Positions 54,181 to 64,000 of a stretch of 64,000 nucleotides of DNA are shown here, piece after piece. A model generated the notes under the pieces. It was not told the origin of the DNA. It did no database searches and saw nothing but the letters and a program-made list of their open reading frames with translations. Numbering within the stretch: the first letter of the stretch is position 1; each line of letters starts with the position of its first letter. Origin of the DNA: Euprymna scolopes (Eukaryota); assembly GCA_053919585.1 (NCBI GenBank), contig CM132818.1, one strand, 5' to 3'. Position numbers and translations under genes: made by a program.

Positions 54181-57100
54181 GTATGTGGTAAAATGGTTGA
54201 TATCTGTCCAAATCTTTTGGTTATATTTAATTGAGAAAAAAAATCCTTACTAAATACAAACTTGTTACCAAAGTTGCAAAATCTTTTATTATTTTTTGTG
54301 CTCACATGAATTAAAAGGATCTTTTTATTGTCACCCGTTGACAAAGCTATTACTATTTTCAACTAAAAATGTTTACTTTTTTGTCACAAAAATTGAATGA
54401 ACACTTAAGATTATTGTTTCTTTTTAATTTGCATTTATTGATAAAAATACTTTCTCAAACTTGATTATGACAGCTGACCGATGAACAGAAAATCTTATTT
54501 TTAGATGCATCCAACAATCTCGATACAATTCATTCTTTTAATCTGCCATTTCACAATGAAATTGACATTTCAAATGGAATCATAACTGACCGACAGACAC
54601 TTGTAAGAATGTGTCTACAAATATCCAACTATTCTTTAATTTTCCAATTATCGTTAATGAATTCTTTCATGTGGTTATTTGTATGGAAGGAAATGTATTG
54701 ATTCACTGAAAAGAAATGATTGTTGATGAAAGTCCTTCCATTTTTTGTTCATCAGCTGTTCTGACGGCTTTATTTTTTGTAGAATTTCAAAACAAATTTA
54801 TATTTAAATTTCATAGAATATGTCTTTTTATGTTTATTTTATTTTTTATGTTTAATAAGGAAGTTCTATTAAAAAGTAAGTCAGTTGGTGTTTACTATTG
54901 TTTGTTTATAGAAATGTCAAACAGACTTCTGTCTTCTGACTAACCTAAAAGACAAATCTTAATGAAAAAGTCTTCACAATATCTGCAGCTGGAAGAGCTT
55001 TTAGGATAAAAATATTGATGTTATGATAATTCAATATGTTTGTTTTTCCATCCATTTCCAAGCCATTTTTCAGTTTCTTTAAATCAATTCCAATATGGTA
55101 TTGTGGTCGCACATAAGTTATATATACCAAAATGCATATACATTTAATTGACATGTGTAATTTAGATCCTGTTCGTTAACTTTTAAGGACAAATTGTGTA
55201 TTAAATTTTATCTCTTTTAGGTTTCCAAAACCTTCAGTATTCTGGATTTTTCTTTGTTGTCTAAAGTATAAAATTGTTTCAGTCTTGATAAGTTGAACAT
55301 CATTCTTAAACTTTTCTAATTTTACAATTTGACCTTTACCAATAAATAGGTGGACAACAATATTCTAATATTTTGCACATCTTTTACTATTGTTTTTCAA
55401 ACAAATTTTACCTTTTTTTTTATTCTAGTTTTAAAAGTTTAAAAGTATGTGAAACTTACATTTTTTTTTAATTTTATTATTTCTGTAAGCTTGTTTGTTA
55501 AATTGATTCTTGATCAGATAATTTAATTCAAATTTATTGGTATTTAATTTCACATTCTAAGCATACAATTTATTTTCTTTGCATAAGGATAGATCGTTTT
55601 ATACAAGGATGTCAATTATTTTCTTTTTATTATTTTGAAATACAGTGTTATAGACACAAGAAAATGTGCCATACTTATGCCGTGAACAGCATTTCAAAAC
55701 CAATTTTTCACGCAGAGTAAGATATCAGTTGTTGCAAGATACATTTTTGATACTTTTTAGCTTATCTTGCCTTGTGTACGGAATGACCCTTGTTTATTTT
55801 TTTCTTGGGGTGGGATCTCCAACTCTTGTACATTCATCAACTCAATTTTAAAGATTGACTACAAACCAAGGTTTTCCAAACCTCTTGGTTGCAGACAAGC
55901 TCCTGCGACTGTCCCCACATACAGCATCCTCTTCACATCTGCCTCCAGATCACAATACAGAGAGTTCCTTAATCGACCTTTCTTTTTTCTTGTTCATTTC
56001 AAACGATGGCTAATATCGTACAAGATGGAGGCCAATTCATCTATGCATTACATGTTATATGTTCCAATTAAACAACAAAACAAACTTTATTATTAAATGA
56101 CCCACAAATGTGTTTATATGTCAAAAGAATAAAGATTTGCAAATCCAATGCAAATCAAAATGGTGATATTTGAGTAGGGATGTTTTGTTCTTGTATTTTT
56201 GCTGTTACCAATATTCATGTATCCTGTTGTTGCTGCTTTCTCTAGTTCTTTTCCTATCTGTTATTCTGTGTCATCTGATCTGCTCCTCCTCCTCTTTTTT
56301 TCTGTTTTTGTTTTGTTTTTAATGTGTCTGTCCGTCAAGTTTCTCAGCATGTCTCTCCATGTTGTCAGTGTCTGTTCAATTTGTCATGTTGTTCATTTGT
56401 TTAACTTGTTTTCGGTTTTTCTTTTTTATTCATTATTTCTCTACTAAACAACCTAATAAATTTCAATTTTTATTTTTGCTTTTGGATACTTGTATAGACC
56501 ACTATCCTTGGCTAACTCTAGAGAAATTACCAAAAAAAAAATAAATAAATAAATAAATAAAACGGTAAAAACCTTACTATATTAGTTTTAGTATGTATCC
56601 ATTGTTTCAAATTGACAAAATGAATGTCATTGTGCTGTTTGTAGAAACCATTAATGTAACACGGTAATTGAATCTTTGCATAATTTCGATACTGGTACCA
56701 AGGCTAAATATGCTGCCATTTTCATAATTTCTCAAGTTACATGAGTCAACCATTGATAGTACTCTTCATAAGTATTTGTTTTTATTCAGAACCATATATT
56801 CCATGTCTTTTTTTTTTTTTATCGCTCATACCCTTTTGATTTGTTTATGGAAAAAAAAAGAAGGGACTGTATATGATTTAATTTTGATTTTTTAATAAGA
56901 CGTGGAGGGAGTCATTACGTAATGTCTTATTCTAGGATCAGCTTTGAGTGACTCTGACTTGATCTTATTAGAATAAATCAAGTCACATACTGATAGACGT
57001 TCAGAAATAAGGATGTAAAAAAACAAAGAATTTCAAATGAGCAGAATATCATCATCTTATGATTATGTCTGAGATTCAACTGCCTTGCTTATCCTTTCTC

Positions 57101-57858
57101 CTCAAGATAACTAAAGTTAAGTAACAATGAAGATTTCATTGGATGTAAATAATTAAACAAGAAAACATTAATTCTAATGTGATTGCATCTTTGTAACAAT
57201 ATAATTTTTATAAGATTGTATGATGGCAATTGAGTTGCGCTTGAATACGGCAACTTCTTGGACAAATAAATATGTTGTCTGTATTTTCACTATTTCTGCA
57301 TTCATCTGAAGTATTGTTTTGTTGTGTCATGGCTTTTCAGTATGGCTAGACATAATGAGTGTTTCAAGAAGAGATTCCAAACCTAATTTTTTGGTCAAAA
57401 GGAAAATTCTTAATGTTTGTTACCTTTGCATTACTGTTCATTTTTTAAGGAGTACTATGGGAGCTCAACCCAAAGTTGGGGGCGAATATATATGTAGTTA
57501 AAAATTTTAACAATCTGCTAAAAAACGAAAGAAATAGAACTGCAAAATATCAAAGTGCTTAATGCACTGTAGAGCCAATATAAATACAAATATTTATTTG
57601 AACTTAGACTTTGCAAACAAGGATTGTCAGGTAAAGTTTACGTACCAATCTTCATTTGGTGAGACCCCAGATAGTAAACTGCTTATTTATTTCAAAATAT
57701 TTAATCTTTAAAAGTAATTGATATTGCCCTTTAATTCCAAGGTCATCTTTACTCTTACTATTATTATTATTTTAATTTTTTTTTTTTCAAGCTTTTTAAT
57801 TAAATTTCTTTCCTGGAAAGCATACAGTCCCTTCTATTCTTTTCCTAAATAGTTGTTG

Positions 57859-57889
<31 letters not shown>

Positions 57890-58050
57890 AATCAATTCTA
57901 TGATTTTGATTTGTTTATTCCATGCTATACCTCATCCAATACTTTTTATCTGTTTGATTTTTAATATGCTGCTCTTTTTCATGGTTGGCTTTATTTCCTT
58001 TCTCTTAGCTCTTTTCCATATGTCTTCCCACTTTTGTAATTTCCCTCTTG

Positions 58051-58094
<44 letters not shown>

Positions 58095-59030
58095 TTCTGT
58101 TTGTTTGATTTTTGTCCAGTGTTTTTTTTATGTATCTGCAGCTGCTTTCAATTAAAAAAAAAATATTTAGCTTATTAGATTTTCCGCTGTAATTTTGTGT
58201 GATATTTTTAGTGACAGGTGTAACTTGTTTCAGAGGCTGGGAAAAATCTGACTCTTGACTTCCAGAATCGTTTTAGAAAATCTGATTCCAGACTCTTCCA
58301 AAAATTGCATTAACATAATGAAGTGTGTTATTCATTTTTCGCTTTAATTTGCGTAAGTTGGAATTTTTAAAAGATTGATCAATGGATTAAATAGACATAG
58401 TGTTTAGCATTTTCAACAAAACCTGTTTGAATGCTGACAAAATAAATAGAAGTTTGGAGATGGTCAGCCAGACTCTGGTACATTTCTCTCCAAACAGATC
58501 TACATAAGCTTTATCACAGATATTGAGCACTCTTTTATATACAGATACTAATAATACAACTGTATATCATATCAATATCTGCTTAGAACATATCGAAAAA
58601 TTGTGTGAAAGCTTAAAATGACTATCATGAGAAGTTGAAGTATCATGTATATCCATTTCTAAATGTACACTCTACAAAGAATATGAAGCACTCTGTATAG
58701 ATATGATTAAGTTTTGTTTTTTTCATTCCTCTTGATAGAGTCTCTTATGTTTTGGGTTTTATCATTCTAACATTTTATACTTCTTCCAATTCTTGCCCAT
58801 TTCTGGGGTTTTATTTCATTTTCTTATTTTAGCATTTCTCATACTTGATTTTCTTTCTGGGCAGTTCTTGCTGCTTATTTCCAAGCTAACCAGTAGCTAC
58901 TTTGACTTTTCTTCCAAAATCTGTTATTTCACTCATTTCCAATCCTGTATATTCCCCCCTTCCATTATTTTTTAGTCAACTTCCAGAATTATTTTTCTTA
59001 AAAAAAAAAATATGGTTCTTTTTTTATAAG

Positions 59031-59159
59031 CCTTAAGCGACTTAGATGATGACTTAGATGAATATTTACGCAAGGAATTGTACAGACATTTACACGGACA
59101 TTTAGACACTTACTTAGAGGACGGCTTTTTGGAATTTACCGGTGCTGAATATTATGAGT
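59031..59159 (+). CDS. 129-nt phase-1/phase-1 exon LSDLDDDLDEYLRKELYRHLHGHLDTYLEDGFLEFTGAEYYE
   Basis: ttctttttttataAG acceptor, GTAAGT donor at 59160, 43 codons open, coding-like composition. Confidence 0.7.
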
Positions 59160-59388
59160 GTAAGTTTTTTTTAATTTTTTTTCATTCTTATTGCATCTTG
59201 TAGCAAAGAATATTTCTTGTAGGGTTGGCCAACCTTTTTATCCAATTCTTATTTTACATTCAATTTAGAAATACACTGCACAAAATTGTACGCCATTTTA
59301 GTTCCTTAACAAAAACAAGATGAACTTTGCTTATTTAATGACAACTTTGAATTTACATTTCTGAAATTTTGAGCTGAGGATTGATTAC

Positions 59389-62300
59389 TCATATTATTTA
59401 AATTCTCCGGACTACTGTTTTCATCTTGAGTGTCATTTTCACAACATTTCGGTCGATGTAACCTCTGAACTTCTTCGGGTATATCTTGTCAAATTCCTTA
59501 ATCTTTCTGTCGAACTTGGAAATTATTGCTGTTTTCCACATGGAGACAATTCGCTTGCTTCTTGTGGTTTTGTAAATATTTTGCCACAGCTTTTCTACAT
59601 TGATTTTTTTAATAGGACTTAAAAATTTAAATTAATTGCATTTTTTTTAATTAATGATTTAAACAAATTGTACAGAAACTCGTAGCTTACCTGACTAGCA
59701 TGGGTGTCGTGTTCATTTGCTTAAAGACAAAAAAAAAGATAAAATAGTGATGTCGCTTTTGTATTTGACAATCACATGTGAGTAACACAAACTATGCAAA
59801 TTAGTTTATGCAAGATGCATAAAAGAAGGGGTAAAAGGAATGACCCATGAGTTCAAAGACAATGTGTTATGCGAACGGATGTGTGTATTATCAGGATTAT
59901 TGAAGGGGGACTCAAAAAATTATAGGTGGGACAGAACACAACTTTAAAACTCCATTGAAATCAATTTTCAAATTACAAGCTATTTCGGCTTTATATTGCC
60001 TTTCGGCGATGGAGAGCAAGATTTTTGATGTCTGGTTGATTCCAAAGTTTAGTGGTGCTGCAGCTGGTATGCCCATTATCGAGTGAATCGAAAATGTGGA
60101 AGTTCTAACAGCTGACAGAAGGACATTCAATTGCTGAAGATATGACAGTATAAATGTAGAGGTTGGCCAAGTTCCAGCTGTCGACATTGAGGCATTGGTC
60201 ATGGATAAACAATTGTTGGGCTTCAGTGCGATCAAGAAACCCTGTAGAGTTTATTTCACAGAATTAAGTGAAGCATGTTTCAGAGGCCTAAACTGATGTA
60301 CTGCTATCTCGATCGATGAACCAGACTTTAGCATGACTTATGATCACAGTAACCATGAATGGACTGCATTGTGGAAATGGGCAAATGGTTCCTCTCTCTG
60401 TGAATTGAGTATCAGTGTGCAAGAATACACAGTGCCTTATCATGTCAGGGATGCCTATGAGAACGACCTTCAATAGTGCCAGCAGAATGGATGGTTGGTG
60501 CCGTATTCAGAAGAACTTGACCCACTCAAGGGTCTAATTTCCTTAATGATGGTCATGCAAGAACGGAAGCAAAAGGTGCGTCCAGTGCTTGACTACCGAG
60601 AATTGAATGAGATTATAAATGCTTTCACAGCCAATGCAGAAGTATGCGTGCAGAAACTAAAAGTGGTGGCGACAATGAGTCAGTGTGTCGCTTATGGAGC
60701 TACGGAATGCATATCTTCAAGTCCATGTTGGCAAGGTGCTATGGCCATTTCAAACAGTTATTTCAGGGGCCAGCATTTCTGTCTTACACGGTTGGGATTT
60801 GGGCTGAATGTGGTACCACTTATTATGAAGTCTGTTATAGACATTATAGTATCTTAAGACTATGCAATGTTGATGACATTTTCATTAATGAAAGTGTAGT
60901 TCCTGTGTTGCGTGCGCAACAACATTTTTTAGCCTATGGTTTGGTTTCCAAGGATCTGGGACTGAGAGATGGAGCCAGAGTTCTTGGTTTGCAAGTCTGG
61001 GAAAAAGATGGCACTCTTAAATGGAAAAGAGGAAGTCCAATTCTGGAAATCCCTGATGAATTGACCCGTCGACATGTATTTTCTCTCTGCGAGGAAATTT
61101 GTTGGTCATTTTCACGTATGTAGATAGCTCTGAGTGGCAGTTGCATTTATCAAGCACCTAGCAACTGCAGTAACAAAGGGCTGGGATGAGAGAATCAAAA
61201 ACACGTCTGTCACATATTGGCAGAAACTTTGAGCAAAGTACAAGAAGCTGATCTCATTGGAGGAGATTGGTGTATGGATGGTAAAGAAACTAGTCCGGTG
61301 GTTGCGAGTTGCATAGGCACAGGAGTGCCATTGAAAATGAATGGAATGATCATTAAAGATATCAACACATCAATCTAACTGAACTCTGTGTGGTACTCAA
61401 AGGAGTCAATTTGACCCTTCAGTGGGAAGTGATAGTATCACACTTGGTCACTGATTCAGTGTGCATACACCAGTAGGTTTCTGACACTTTAACTGGAAAA
61501 ACAAGTGCGAATATGAGAGCAGCTAGTGAGATGCTCATCAGTCAACGGTTAAAAACATTGCAATCGCTGGTGAAAGAATATGGATTGACCATCGATGTAA
61601 AACTCATGAAGTTCTGTCAAAACCACACAAATAGTCTCACCAGAGGACCATGTAGGTGGATGAATCTACTCAAGGAAGGAAGAGAGCCAGTGCTCAGGAG
61701 TTGCACAACAGGAAGACAACTGGATGAGGACCAGGTGACTGATGGTTGACCTCCATCATCAAAGTGGACATACAGGTGTGAAACAAACTTTATATTTTGC
61801 CAGGTCGGTTGACCCGCAAATGTCCAAAGAGACTGCCAAATCTGTTGGGAAAGCCTGCAAAATCTGTCAATCAATAGATCTGATACCTGTTCGCTGGATA
61901 AAAAGGAATCCTCGGCGTGAAGAACAACTAGAGCAGATTAGTGATGTATATAACCCATCACAATAGAATTTCCTAACCATCATCGATTGTGGTCTCTCTA
62001 GATTTGCAATATTGAGGCCACTGCATTGGACAGATGTGATTACTGTTATCCAACAGTTGGCGAATATTTTTCTTGAGCAAGGTCCATCGATGGAAATACT
62101 GACCGATAACGCCATTGCTTCACTGCACCAGCTGACATGCTACATAGATATCATGTTCGAATCAAAGGTGTTGAAGCTAATCCACTGCCTAAACCAGAAG
62201 TGACTAAAGGGAAGTATGAAAGAGGAGACATCATTTGGGTGGCAGGTGCACAATAAAATATAACACGGGTCGCATTACTGAAGTGATCAGCCCACAGTCT

Positions 62301-63134
62301 GAAAATTGATGGGGTGCCTCAGCACATAAAAGACCTTCGACCAGTAATACGGACACACTTATCAAGTGACGAAAGTGATTCTAAGGATTCTGTGACTAAC
62401 CTATCTTAATTCAGGTCTGCTTGACAGTTATTCTGATGCTAGTCACCTCCCAACTGATGAGGTGTCTATTGAAAACCGACCCATAGATGAGAGTATGCAT
62501 GAGTGAAGCCCACATCATTCCTCTTCGAAGAAGTAACCGACAAAGATGAATGCTACCTCTCTGCCCTGTTTGTGATCATGAGATCAGGGGGGGAGTGTAG
62601 GTATCTTACCTGACTAGCGTGTGTATCGTGTTCATTCGAATCAAGAAAAAAAAAAAAAACAGCCATCGAGTTGAAAGACAACGCGTTATGCAAACGGACG
62701 TGTGTATTATCAAGATTATTGAAGCTGACTCAAAAGATTGTAGGCGGGAAAGGACACAACTGTTAAAGTACTGAAATCAATTTTCAAACTAGACAAATTA
62801 TTAATTAATTTTAATTTTTTTTTTTACTCCTACAAAATATACTTGTTTGTAGATACACATGATATTCTGTTTCAAAATCTTAGAATTATTTCTGTAAACG
62901 GTTCTTGCTCTTCTAAAATAATTTTATTTTTTCGCTGATTTATTCGGGAAAGGAAAACTAAAAAACAAGTGAATCGTGTCCACGTAGAAAACAGTAATGA
63001 TTCCTGAGGCCAACAAAAAGATTCACAAATGTAATAAGATACATTTGAAGAAGGTCAGAGGTTACATTGACCAAAATGTTATGAAAATAACACTTAAAAT
63101 GAGAACAGTAGTCTGAAGAATCCAAATAATATGA
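59389..63134. repeat. ~175-bp diverged inverted repeat pair (59389-59565 / 62960-63134) bracketing the Gypsy element; Penelope pLTR-like
   Basis: tcatattattt..attct.c.gactactgtt.tcat.tt.agtgt.attttca.aacattt.ggtc.atgtaacctctga.cttcttc... is present on opposite strands at both sites. Confidence 0.8.
59669..62795 (+). mobile_element. Decayed, internally deleted Ty3/Gypsy LTR retrotransposon
   Basis: LTRs 59669-~59977 and 62596-62795 (TG...CA; shared cttacctgactagc...gaaatcaattttcaaa); PPT AGGGGGGGAG before 62596; gag start MESKIFDVWLIPKFSG at 60009; RT (VRPVLDYRELN, LTRLGFGLN, NVDD), RNase H, integrase HHCC (HHQSGHTG...CKIC) and core (FLTIIDCG, ILTDN) in Gypsy order; many stops and frameshifts. 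Confidence 0.93.
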
Positions 63135-63339
63135 ACTTTGAATTGGTGTTAATAATTAGTAACAAAGTTAAGAAGCAGTGAAGGTTTTTAATGTGCAAAT
63201 TCATAGCATATTTATTGATTGATGCATATGAAACAATAAAATTAATAAAAATAAAGTAGAATTAGTTTTAAATTTTCGTGTAGCCTTGACTTGGAACTCT
63301 ATTGTGTTCCTTTTTTTTTTTTTTTTTAATGAAACTAAT

Positions 63340-63445
63340 GTAAAAGATTGTCTTTGTATGAGCAGACATGTTTTTAGTACTTTTATCTCTGGAGTTCCGC
63401 GAGCCATTTGTAATTGTACAATGCGCCATAGGTTGGCCATCCCTG
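63340..63445 (-). mobile_element. hAT-like terminal fragment
   Basis: Minus strand begins CAGGGATGGCCAACCTATGGCGC, typical of hAT/Charlie-type TIRs; similar TAGGGTTGGCCAACC on + at 59220. Confidence 0.5.
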
Positions 63446-64000
63446 GTCTTTGGTTGTTTCACCACTCTTATTGCTGTGCATGTTATTTAAAATAAATCTT
63501 TATATTAGACAACTGTTTTATTTTTCAACGGTTTAACTACTTCAAATATTATGTAAATGTTTGAAGGATTTGCTTTAACTTTTTATTTCTGTACAAGAGA
63601 TCTGATGTTCATAAACACTTGAAATTATTTTTTTATTTTTTCACTAAAATCTATTTAACTAATACAATTAAGTATTTACCGGTTTCATCATTGTTCTTCA
63701 TTGTTACACATAAAAAAAACACTACATGCTGTGCTTATAAAAATATAACTGCATTAAAATTATGTCCACATATCTGAAATATTCAACCTGTGTCACAATT
63801 TTTTTTGCTGGATCAAGATATGAAAGAACAAACTTGCGAAAGAAGGGTTATATGTTACAGAATTTGTCTATGCAAATGAATATTTTTACGAGAGTGGGGA
63901 TAGGGGCAAAAAAATTAGGAAAAGATGCTCTTTACTAGTGAGTCATACTATTTTTTTTATATATCAGTGACCCACATGACTGAATCAATCATAGTTGACT

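Noticed and set aside
60009-62350. Active gag-pol gene
   Set aside because: Multiple stops and frameshifts, gag deletion, YxDD changed to NVDD.

Overview
AT-rich (roughly 30% GC by eye) eukaryotic genomic DNA. It is metazoan and most likely an octopod cephalopod, judged from the repeat families and dense microsatellites (inference). There is no prokaryotic operon structure and no CRISPR. Most of the window reads as intron sequence of one large + strand gene. Visible pieces are at least two ATG-initiated alternative first exons (11002-11872, Pro/Glu/Val/Ala-rich; 40067-40154), several short frame-preserving phase-1 exons (882-911, 49402-49452, 54130-54180, 59031-59159, plus weaker candidates) and candidate early terminal exons. 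The exon ends (GPWLKNIDPK|, SVRQK|, NWVKEQ|, all phase 1) resemble the variable N-termini that splice onto the reticulon homology domain (RHD) of RTN1/Rtnl1-type genes. The RHD exon is not in the window, so the identity is tentative. The introns hold degenerate TEs: four CR1-like LINE pieces, RTE-like fragments, two 5S-rRNA-derived SINEs, a Tc1/mariner MITE, Helitron-like ends, a 172-bp palindrome and a 32-bp minisatellite. A decayed Ty3/Gypsy element is nested in an inverted repeat carrying hammerhead-like relics. Two assembly gaps.
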